Below, piece by piece: positions 52,343 to 62,654 of a stretch of 64,000 bases of DNA. How positions within the stretch are numbered: the first letter of the stretch is position 1; the number at the start of each line of letters is the position of its first letter. The translations under genes and the position numbers were made by a program. The notes below the pieces were generated by a model. It was not told the DNA's origin. It ran no database searches and saw nothing but the letters and a program-made list of their open reading frames with translations. Origin of the DNA: Monocercomonoides exilis PA203 (taxonomy: Eukaryota > Protista > Preaxostyla); NCBI GenBank assembly GCA_001643675.2, contig LSRY02000010.1, forward strand, positions 806,001 through 870,000. Reading direction: 5' to 3'.

Positions 52343-53793
52343 ATGCAGTGTGTTTTGGAAATGCAGGAGATGGGCAACACTAAACAATTTACAGGTTCAC
52401 ATTCATCGTTGAATTTGAATTTTTGACAATCACTTTTTTCTTTATCTTTTTGAAGAATTACTTCATGAACTGGAAAATTGCTCTGTTGAAGAACAAAAGC
52501 TGAAAATCTTTGAAATGAACCAATCATTGGAAGAAATGGATGCAAAAAAATTCGATTCTATTTTGACAGAAGAACTGTATAACGACGTGGATAAAATGAT
52601 GAAGGAAGAGAAACTATCAATAGAAAATGCAATTAACCTGTTGAAACATATTGGATATTGCATATTTTTGAGAAACATGTATAGCATTTCTTTTAATAAT
52701 TCTTTGCTTTGTGAAAGATTGAAAAAGATAATGATTGAGGAATATGAAAAGAAAGGAGATGAGAAAAATGAACAGCTATTGATTGATCTTTGCAAGCTAT
52801 CTATTTCTTGGATGTTCTTTATCATCTGAACCACTTTCTATTTGTGTTTCTTGCCTTCTAAAAGTTGCTTTAGATAAGAAGAAAGATGAGGATACACAAA
52901 AAATGAAAGTGGAAATGGCTTTGTTGGCTTTGAGCAGAATTGCAGGAGATGTGTGAACATATCCATTTTATTTTCTTATTATTAATTTTCCCATCTATTT
53001 TTATAAGGCATTGGAGCAAGAGCTGTTTTTGAATGATATCAAACAGATTATCCGAAATCATCAGGAGCATCACAATCTAACTCGACTTGCCTATCAGTCA
53101 GCGTGGCAGTTTTTAATAAACCAATTGGTTTATGATGAGAATTTGGATGACGTCATTGCAAATGAACTGCATTTTGCAAGAGAAGCAAGAAGAGAATTGA
53201 AAGAGCTATCGAATTGTATGGATTGGAATAGAAAAGAAGAGGAAATGAGCAAAGAAGTGGATGAGGGAAAAACAAGAATAGAAGCGAAAGAAATCATAAT
53301 TATGAAAAGATGGCTAGATGAGCTTGAGGCTTATTTTCGCTCATGCAAATTGTGGAATGAAGAATTTGTTGGGCTTCTTGGAAGCATTGTGGAGATATTC
53401 CGAGAGGCAAGAGATAATCACAAGGTTGTAAGCTGCAACTGCATTGAATCTTTAGAAATTATTACCTAAAATAGAGATGTTAATGTTAGTTGTCTGTTAG
53501 AAAGCGGAGCAGTCGATGTAGTTATGGAGGAACTAGTTCAATTAAATATTGAAAACTTACGAATTTCATATCGTTTAAGTTTTTGCCGTTCAATTTGTGA
53601 AAGATTGAATATCAATAAAGGAAAAAAGAAAGATATTGCAGAGCAAAAAGAATTGAAAAAACAATTGTTTGAAAGAATGGAGGAGCAAGGATATAAAGAT
53701 TTAATCTTCGTGTTGTGTAACTGCATCGTAATCAGAAGAACAGGAAATGACATTTTAATTACCAACTTTAAAGATTATTTTATTTATTACTGA
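52343..53793 (+). pseudogene. Disrupted copy of a lineage-specific alpha-helical hypothetical protein family
   Basis: Coding-like sequence runs ELENCSVEEQKLKIFEMN, AINLLKHIGYC, LSICVSCLLKVAL, VEMALLALS, IIRNHQEHHNLTRLAYQSAWQFL, but needs a frameshift near 52800-52825 and reads through an in-frame TAA at 53467-53469. Confidence 0.75.
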
Positions 53794-54138
53794 ATCACAT
53801 GCTTTTGAATTGACTTTTTTAAAATCATATCAACTTTATTCTGCTTTGGAACAGTTATTTCCTCAATGTCCGAATATATATTTTTGGTGTTAATTTAATT
53901 TGTGCATAATTTTAAAATAAGAACTATGAAAGCAAAAAAAAGAAAAAAAGATTAAAAATAAAAAATAAAAATAAAAAATATAAAAAAAAAATAAACATAT
54001 AAATATAAATAAACAAATCAATAAAAACCACCACAGAGAATAACCAGATTATCCAATAATGCTAATAAACTTAATGAGTGAATGTCGAATGTTAAGCAAA
54101 TGTGGATGAATTGATAAAATATATAATTCACCTGATCG

Positions 54139-56819
54139 ATGAATTCTTCGGTTTATATTAACGATACAACAAATGAGATAATGTTCAAAAGATCGGTTGC
54201 CATGGTTGAAATTGATGGGGACATGATGTCCAGCAGCTCGTCGGATGAGTATTGCGATCTTGTGGATGTGAAAAGTGTGCATTCTTTGATTTTTGCTGTT
54301 TTGCGGTTAATGGAAGGTTTGCGTTGAATGCTGGTGGTGCAGATATGCCGATAGAAATATGGAAGCAGTGTGAAATTTTTAGTTGGGCTTTGATGTATTT
54401 TTGAAAATTTGGCAGGATTTTGAAAAAATGCGATACAAGAACGAAAATGAATCTGATGGGGACGTCAAAGTTTTTCCGAAAGATGCTGGATACAGAAGAG
54501 TATGACACGTATTTTATTTTTTTCATGTGCAATTTGACGGGATTTGGCTGGATGAAGGTACTGGCATGAGATTGTGGTTGAGGAGCTGCCGCGGCTGAGA
54601 GACAACATCCACATGAGCCAGGATGAGTTCCAGGATCTGGACACGTACGATCCAAACAATGGAGATGTGTGTATTTTTCGCTGTGCCGGAGCAGACACTG
54701 CGGGCGGCTCTCTTTTTGATGGGCTTCTTCTCGTTTTTGTTGATTTGTTGATTTGTATTTTGCTTTAAATTGTATTCAGGATGTTGCGGACAAGACTCGG
54801 TTTGGACTGAGTCCGAAAGGATGGAAGGACACCATTCGATTGTATGGGACTTTTCCAGAAGTGCTGTTTGGGAAAAGAAAAAGTTTATGGAGGGATGTGC
54901 ACGATCTGAAAAGCACAATCGAACATCCGTGGATGAGTTTTATTCTGTTCACACTGACCTGGATATCACTGATGATGTTTCTTTTCTTCTTTTTCTTTGC
55001 CATCTTCTACGCAACGAATTTTATCCGTGGGCCAGTTTTCGACAAGCTGGCCGATGATGGGTATGTCACGACTCTTGTAACGAACAAAGTCACCAGATCG
55101 GTTTTTTCTTTCAGCCTCTCTCGGTCAAAGGGCCAATTCACCGTTGCACTGGTGATGCTGACATTGTTTTTCTTTTTCTTTCATCTGTATATGAAGGAAC
55201 GGAAGTATTTGAGTATCTCGATAATTATGTTTCCTGTGATTGTGGGTTTTTTATTAATTACGTTTGTCTTTTTGTGCGTGGATCTCGACAGTTTTGTGAA
55301 TGGAGATAAACACACGTTTAACATCCGTAATCGCTTGGTTGATGGTCCAGTGACGAAACCGTATCCTCAAAGGAGCATCAAGGTAAGTGGTGCTGGTTAT
55401 GATGTTTTTTTCGGAAAAGCAACAGCCACAGAAGCTGTCACACAAAAATTCACAGAAGATGGGCGATTGATAACAAGCTCAGATACCATTTTATTCACTC
55501 TTTTGCTCTGTTTTTTTGTCTTTTTTGGAGGAATGCTCGCGGGGCTTGTTGAATACAATTCCTGGCTGAGACTTCCAGAGAGGATGAGTATCACTTTTAT
55601 CACATTTTTTCTTACTATGTCCGGGCTTATTTCCACATGGGTGTTATTTTCTTTGAAGATATGCTGTATGCAAAGTTTTTGAGGAGAGTGGGTGAGTGCG
55701 TGCATGCGAATTGATTGAGAAACAAGACATTGCATTTTTATTTATTTATTTATTTATTTATTGAATCTGTGATGCACAAAAATCATTATTTCGTTCATTC
55801 TATTCATTCTATTCATTTATTTTATTCATTTTATTTATTCTGTTCTTTTTGTGTGAACGCGAATGTGTGTGATCGGAATGATTGGGTGTGTTGGCCACCA
55901 AACAGACAACATTACGAGTTCGTGGACAATAACATTCATTCCGTTGTACCTGACAATCATCCCGATCCATATTTTTGCATTCAACATGAAGCTATCACAA
56001 GTTTATTATTTCGAGACGAGATGCAGCAAGAGCGTGCGATGCTGCGGGATTGTGTTTGGGTCGGCGATTGGGATTGTCATTGTGCTTATTCCATCGCTAT
56101 GCTTGGACGGGATTGGGAAGTTTGACCCACCCACTTCGAGTGGAGAGGCATGGGAAGGCGCAGAGCGGCTTATGTCGGTGGTGGTTGTGACAGACGAGCT
56201 GATTGAGCGTGCGCACAAGATGGAAAGAAACATGATGCTTTCACTGGCCCCGATGCTGATGTGGCTGTTTGTTGAATATGTGGTGTTTTGTGTAGGGCTG
56301 TATCTGGTGAAAGGGGATGTGAAGTGGGTTAAGAGAAGGCTGGATTTGAAGAAAGGGCTGTTTGTGTGGCAGGCATTAGCTCCGAGCAAGAGGAGCAGAG
56401 AAATGCAGGAAATACGGGCAGAGGAGTGGAAAAGGAGAAAGACAGAAAAAATGAGAAAAAAGCAGGAAGAACAGGAAAGAGAGGAGAAGGAAGAAGCGAA
56501 GGAGAAGGCGAAGGAGAAGCGAGAAAAAGAGAAAGATCTGAGGCTGATAGAGGTGACACAGAGAGGACTGAAACCTGAAGAACTGAGCGCGGCAATCGAT
56601 GAGATCAACAAGTATTACGATGAGGAGTATCGAAAAGAGGCAGGGGCAGAGGAAGCAGAAAAGAAAAGAGCGGAGGAGAAAGCAAATAAGAAGGAAAAAG
56701 AAGAAAACGCGAAAGAGAACGAAAATCAAAGTATTTTTGATGAACCACCAATCAATCGTGATATTCATGAACTTTGGGAAAAGATTCTGCGGAAGGGTTC
56801 GTTTTCGTGGCTGGTCTGA
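54139..56819 (+). CDS. F-box-containing polytopic membrane protein with charged C-terminal tail, 6 exons
   Basis: Exons 54139-54274, 54343-54367, 54416-54499, 54558-54666, 54780-55665 and 55906-56819 splice in phase at GT-AG sites. Product contains NMPIEIWKQILKKCDTRTKMNLMGTSKFFRKMLDTEEYW (F-box pattern), about 8 hydrophobic helices and an E/K-rich tail. Confidence 0.75.
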
Positions 56820-56885
56820 GCAGCATGTGGAAAAGTGAATGACAGTCCAATTACATACAAACTTTTGTATTTGGTTCTTTGTTTT

Positions 56886-56961
56886 GATTTTTGATTTTTG
56901 ATTTTTGATTTTTGATTTTTGATTTTTGATTTTTGATTTTTGATTTTTGATTTTTGATTTT
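56886..56961. repeat. (GATTTTT)11 tandem repeat
   Basis: Direct reading, just 3' of the F-box/TM gene stop. Confidence 0.95.
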
Positions 56962-57518
56962 GTTTTTGGTGTTTCTATTTTGTGATTTGAATTGCAGTTG
57001 CAATTCTATTGATGTAATTATTGTTATTTATGGCTGTGTTTTTGTTGACTAGTTTTTGAAGCAGATTTTATTATCATTTTAATTAGTTATCGATTTTCTT
57101 TTTCATATTTTGTGAATTTTGGATTTGCTATTGAAGTTTTTTTTCCAAATCCGTTTAACGTGGAGAAGTTTGACTTGTCAGTTTCAAAAATCAATCAAAA
57201 AGTGTAAAGTTTCTTTCATCCTGAAAATTTAACATTTGCAACTTCTCGTTAAAAGAACTCTTATGGATTTTTTTTTTCAATCAAAAGTTGATAAAGTGAT
57301 TCTTTCACAAAAATTTGGAGAAGTTTTTCAAATTAAACAAACAAAAAAATAGCAACTCAAAATAATCGACTTTCAACAACTTGTTTTCCAATGGAGATAT
57401 AAACCTTCTCTTTCAGAAAGGTTCAAGTCATTAGCCAACGTGCATTTCAAAACTGAACAGGAGATTTAATGACTCTAATATGGTCGTATACAAAAAAACA
57501 AGAAAATTTGAAAAAAAA

Positions 57519-57618
57519 AATTAAAGAACAGAGTTCTTTAATTCTCCAGAACAAACGATAACAACAACACCTCTTGTTATGGGAGTGGAGCCTGTATTCA
57601 GGGCTCAGTCGCTCATCA
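57519..57618. repeat. DIRS left ITR including its 5' extension
   Basis: 57548-57618 is the imperfect reverse complement of 61865-61935; 57519-57586 matches the ICR at 64/68. Confidence 0.9.
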
Positions 57619-57622
57619 GATC

Positions 57623-58347
57623 ATGGATATTGAAAACACTGCAACAGGACCTGCATCTGGACTGGGTAGTATTTTTGCACTCAGCGGATCAACTGGCGTC
57701 GTGGGCTTATCTCAACCTACCTCCTCAAGCAGTGTACCACCTCTGCAACCAGCACAATCTTCTTCAGGAGATACCTCTTCCGATTCATCCCCAAATGGAA
57801 AGGATATTTTTTTGCCACGTTATGCAGAGAATTATTTGGGTCAGAAACCTCACAATTTATCTTTGATCTGAAAATCGACTCACATGATACAGCCGATACA
57901 GTTTCTTTATATGAATCATTTTCATACACTCCTTTTATCCCATCCAAGGTTCACGAATTTGCAGGATCATCAAACTGGATAACGGACGCTCCAAACTCTA
58001 GAGACTGGAGAGTTGAACGCAACTTAATTCAAGCAGTGAAGGCACTAATACTAACACACGCAGATGCGCCAGAGAAACAGGAAAGACTATTCGATGCGAT
58101 GATGCTTGCGTTTTTGTGTCTCCAAGAAGCAAGGCACTCAAGGATCCATGCAGAATACGGATTTTCCGCAGCTAAAGCGCTTCGAGTAAAAACAGAGGAC
58201 CCAGTTGTCTCAGGTGAAAAATTGTCCAAGATCAAACCATTTCTCGAGGCAAGAAGAGCTCGATCGCATCTACCACAGCACCAACTCCACAATAGAAAAA
58301 GATTTTTTCGGCTTCCGGCCCGAAGCATCGGGCCTACACAGTTCTGA
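57623..58347 (+). pseudogene. DIRS ORF1 (gag-like), frameshifted near 57860
   Basis: ATG immediately after the left ITR; S/P-rich start, helical middle and Arg-rich end. Assignment is positional. Confidence 0.55.
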
Positions 58348-58385
58348 ACGAGAACATCAGCCTGACAACAGCGACAAACAGGGAA

Positions 58386-60310
58386 ATGGTTCAGAAGCCG
58401 GAGGACTTCCAAAATTTAATAGGAGGCAGGACTCAGATGTTTGCACAGGAGTGGAGGAGCATTGGAGTGAAGAACACAGCAACGTTTGAAGTTCTCCCAG
58501 TTTGGAAAGGAAGATCTTCGAAAGAAAAGTTAATGAAGGAGGTTTATTTGCGAAGAGGCTTCATTGGCACAAGAAAGGAAGAAGAAGAGGGTGCCAAATG
58601 GATACAGGAGAGCTTGCACAACAACATCTTATGCAAAATCAAAGAAGGAGAGGCAAAATGTTTGAACATGCTGTTCTTCATAATGAAAAAGAACGGGAAA
58701 TAGCGACAAATCCCGATTGTCGCACCTTGAACAAAGCAATAAACGACATTCACTTCAAATCCGAGGACCACAAGACACTAGAGAAGCTCCTCCGCAAGGA
58801 CGATTATGCGGTTACAATAGACCTCTCACAAGCCCACTTCCTTGTCGCCGTTTACAAAGATTTCACTCCCTTCCTTGCTTTCGGCTTCAGAGAGAGGACA
58901 TTCGCATTCAAAGGTCTCCCATTCGGTTTCAAAGATGCTCGACGAATATTTACAAAGCTGATGAGGAATGTTGTGAAGCAGGTTCGGAAAAGATGGAGTG
59001 CAAGATGTTTGAATTATCTCGACGACATCATCATTTTGCGCGATACCAAAGATGCCTTGCAGAAAGCTACAACAGGAATCGTTCACTGGTTCAACAATCT
59101 CGGACTTGTTGTCAACGAAGAGAAGAGCAGGTTAACTCCAAGAAAAACCTTCTCCTTCCTTGGTTGGATATGGAAGACTTGTGTGATGAAGGTCGCATTG
59201 GAGACGAAGCGCCGGTCCTCGTTGCAGAAGAAGATAAAACGGCGGATGAATTTGGCATCGAAGGAAACATTGATAATGAAAAGAGACTTTGCATCACTCG
59301 TTGGAGAAATCAGCGGAACTCGATTCGTCGACGTAGACGCTTCTCTACACATGAACAGATTATACAAGGAACTCATCAATGCAGTCAGGAAAACCGGATG
59401 GACTGGTGCGATGAATCTGAATCATTCAATCAGGGAACAGCTGCAGTATTGGCAGACGAGACTGATGTGGAAGGAGGAAAGACCCTGGGTGTCGTTTGCA
59501 ATTCCAGACGCGACGTTGACGACCGATGCTGCACCCCGAGCCTGTGGTGCAACACTTCGAATAGGCAGCTCTCTGTACCACTTCCATCAAGCTTTCAATC
59601 GAGTATTCCTCAACCAGTCATCTTATTTCAGGGCGATGTTGGCTGTTCTTTTGACCCTCAAACATTTTCGCTATCTCATAGCCAAACACAATGTCCGAAG
59701 GATTCTTCTGAGATCAGACAACACCTCCGTTGAATACGATATCAATCGCTGGACAGCGGGAAAGAATCTCCTGGCTCTTACGAGGAAGATCAGACAATGA
59801 ACAACAGAATGGAACATTCAGCTGAGAGCAATTCACCTCCCAGGAGCAAAGAACTTTGCAGCGGATGCCCTCTCAAGACTTCAACGCGCAGGAGACTACG
59901 AGATTACAGACGAAGCATTAAGAGAGTTGGAACATCGGCTAGATCTTTCAATCGAACAGGACGCCTTCGCAAGCGCGACAAACAGGAAAACAATGACTTG
60001 GCTTGGACCAGAAAGTCCGGAGCTGGAAGACGGACTGCAAGCAGACTGGAAAGGAGCGGTGACTCTGGTGCATCCTCCGATACCTCTGATTCTCTCTTGC
60101 TTAAAAAAGCTTCGGGAAGAACAGGCGAGAGCAGTTATTCTTCTCCCAGCTTGGAGGAACCAGGTCTGGACCCCTCTTCTGAGAGAGATAACAACATCTT
60201 ACATGCGATGGAGCGATTCGAGGAAAATATTCAGGGCAGGACCAGGAATGAAGAGGTCGGGAGCATCACTCCCACCGGGACCTTACTTAGCAGCAAGACT
60301 CAACTGGTAG
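58386..60310 (+). pseudogene. DIRS ORF2: reverse transcriptase - RNase H - adenine-methyltransferase-like domain
   Basis: IGGR..FAQEW, FFIMKKNGK*R, DCRTLN, IDLSQAH, LPFG, YLDD, FLG; TTDA, RSDNTS, HLPGAKNFAADALSR; DAFAS..NRK, DGLQADW, HPP, ILLPAW..QVW. Lesions: TAG at 58701, frameshift near 58710, TGA at 59798. Confidence 0.92.
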
Positions 60311-61560
60311 CACAAAGAGGAGAACAGTGGTGGAACAGCCGTCTTCGAAGATGCAATGTTCCCGAAGCAATAATCACCGAAGCTAAAAATAGTGTATCGA
60401 CTTCTTCTTGGACAGCCAACACATTCGGATTCGCGCATTTTACCCAGGCATGGACTGAGGAAAATTGTGGAGAATTTCCACAAGACTTCGTGGAATGGTG
60501 TCGAAGGTGTGTCATGCTTTTTGTCAAACAAAAGGAAAAGGGATTCCCTCACACATGCTTGTGCGCCACGAGATCATTAATTTCTCTATTCTCAAGAATT
60601 AGTTATGGAGAGGACATTGGACAAGTTCCAATAATTAAGACAATCTTCCGCTCCTTCCACCGTTCCCATGTTCCCAGAAAACCTTTTACATATATGTGGT
60701 CGCTTGCCGTGGTCTTCGATTTCCACAACTCACATCCGAACAATATTGATCTATCCTTCTGAGAACTGACAGTTTAGTGCATAATGCTTTGCGTGCTATT
60801 CACAGCATGCCGCTTCCACGAACTCGAACAACAAACGATGAGCAAATCCATTTTTGACAACGATGCAATCCACATCCACACTCATCCAAAAACATCTATT
60901 CCCCCCAGTTATCTTCCAATTCCTTGCTTAGGAGAAGAAGATGAGAAGATCTGCCCAGCAATTGCCGTAAACTGCCTTTGGGAAAGAGTCCGAAGGACCT
61001 ACGAATCGAGAGACACATTTCTTCTAAACGCATCGCATCACACACCGCTGAAGACTTCAGGAATTAGTAAACTGGAAAAACTCGGAATGACACAGGTGGG
61101 GATCCCACAGGAGTTCAGACTCTTCACAATCAAGCTTGCAGCCATTTCCGCCTTGATCTTCAAGGGAGTACCTGAAGTGCTGATAGCGAGACATGCTCTC
61201 CTATCCCCAACAGCTCACACTCCAACGCGCTGCTTTCTTAGAGACAACGTTGCATCCGACATGGCCCACGCGCTAGTTGCTCCTCGGCAGGAAGATCAAA
61301 CCGCACTTTTTGCTTGCTACTGCCCATCCACTGCCAAAGCACCATTTCTCCCAGCCTCAGCACCACAGGAAATAACAAACCTCTTCTCAAGAACAATTGC
61401 GTTCCCACGACCACCCATTGCGGAACTGAACAACAAACTCAACTCGCAAGTCCCAAGCTCGCAGACAGTGGAGCCTACAAGAGAATGTAGCCGAATTGAA
61501 TATACCACAATTAGAACAGTTCAGACAAGTGAGATTGGTCATATTCAGGCAGATATATAG
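58717..61560 (+). pseudogene. DIRS ORF3: long N-terminal region overlapping ORF2, followed by tyrosine recombinase
   Basis: ORFs 58717-59733, 59797-60762 and 60784-61560 share one frame, separated by stops. YR motifs YMWSL..V, LFTACRFHEL, CPA; HxxR degraded to FTIK; catalytic Tyr not found. Confidence 0.85.
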
Positions 61561-61578
61561 CAATTTCCAACTATTATT

Positions 61579-61677
61579 ACTCCCATTACAAGAGGTGTTG
61601 TAGTTATCGTTTGTTCTGGAGAATTAAGGAACTTTGTTCTTTAATTCGTAAAGAACAAACAAAACTACAACACCTCT
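61579..61677. repeat. DIRS internal complementary region (ICR)
   Basis: 61579-61646 is the reverse complement of the 5' terminus; 61645-61677 is the reverse complement of the 3' terminus (61909-61941). Confidence 0.92.
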
Positions 61678-61864
61678 CTATTTCCCACCACGAGTTCAAC
61701 TCTTCCCACCCTTTCGTTTTCATTGAAAAAGTTTTCATGTCAAATTTGCACTTGTATCATACTACATCAACCTCTGCGCACTTTGTTATTGCACAACTTT
61801 CCTTGTTTTGTACTTTTTTATTTTATTTCCATTCTTTTCACATCCACCGTTTTTTCACTTCAAT

Positions 61865-61941
61865 TGATAAGCGACTGGGCCCTTAATACAGGCTCTACTA
61901 CCATAACAAGAGGTGTTGTAGTTTTGTTTGTTCTTTACGAA
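61865..61941. repeat. DIRS right ITR
   Basis: Reverse complement ...CAACACCTCTTGTTATGGTAGTAGAGCCTGTATTAAGGGCCCAGTCGCTTATCA matches the left ITR. Confidence 0.9.
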
Positions 61942-62654
61942 AAGAAAAGAAAACCTCAATTTGAAATTTTTTATTCTTCTATTGTTTTTTGTTGATCGTT
62001 ATTGATATTTTGTGAAAATTTCCTTCTGAATCTAATATATGTGAAATGTCGAATAGTTTAGAATTGAAAATTTTTGTCGAGTTAGAAATATTAACATTCT
62101 AATTAAGAATGTCCACAATAATTCTGAAAATAACTTATTTTTGTCAAAAGAAATTTTTGACAAGGCAAATAATTTTTTTCGCAACAGTTGTTATCTGACT
62201 TTGGCAAAAGTCTCTCTCTTTCTCACACACACACACTCTTTTTATTTTTCCTTTTCCATTTCCATATCATTTTCATTTTCATTTTCATTTTTCTTATTTT
62301 TATTTTTCTTTACACAATTGGTTTTACAGAAACTGGAAAAACGAAGAAAAAAGGAAGAAAAGATTTTTGCTAACAAATGAGCCATTTTAATCTTCCAGAA
62401 AAAATCAAACAGATAAGTAAATATTAATCAAACATTTTGACATTTAAAACACTTCAAAAATATTTTTTATAATAATTTTTGAATATAGCAAAAATTGGAA
62501 ATTTTGATTCAAGTTCAAAAATTAATTAATACAATTAATGTGGTTTTTTTTCCCAGTAATTTTTTGTTTTTTAATTCAATTAATAATCAGGAAAAGTAGT
62601 TTTCCTTGATTAAAATTTCAGATATCAATTGATTGATTCTCATAATTTGGTGAA

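Larger units (their letters stand above)
57519..61941 (+). mobile_element. Full-length, decayed DIRS1-type tyrosine-recombinase retrotransposon
   Basis: gag-like ORF, RT-RNaseH-methyltransferase ORF and an overlapping YR ORF; inverted terminal repeats plus an internal complementary region; inserted in an A-tract with no TSD. Confidence 0.93.

Noticed and set aside
53467-53469. In-frame TAA as evidence for the TAR=Gln code used by some oxymonads
   Set aside because: TAA ends well-conserved genes here (SENP8, TRAPPC5, TTC1), and multi-kilobase ORFs contain no internal TAR. The same gene also has a frameshift, so it is a pseudogene.
56886-56961. (GATTTTT)n as a telomeric or CRISPR-like array
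   Set aside because: Simple spacer-less microsatellite that is not G-rich telomeric sequence.
59798-60777. In-frame TGA/TAG in DIRS ORFs as readthrough or selenocysteine
   Set aside because: They co-occur with frameshifts and loss of YR catalytic residues; ordinary decay explains them.
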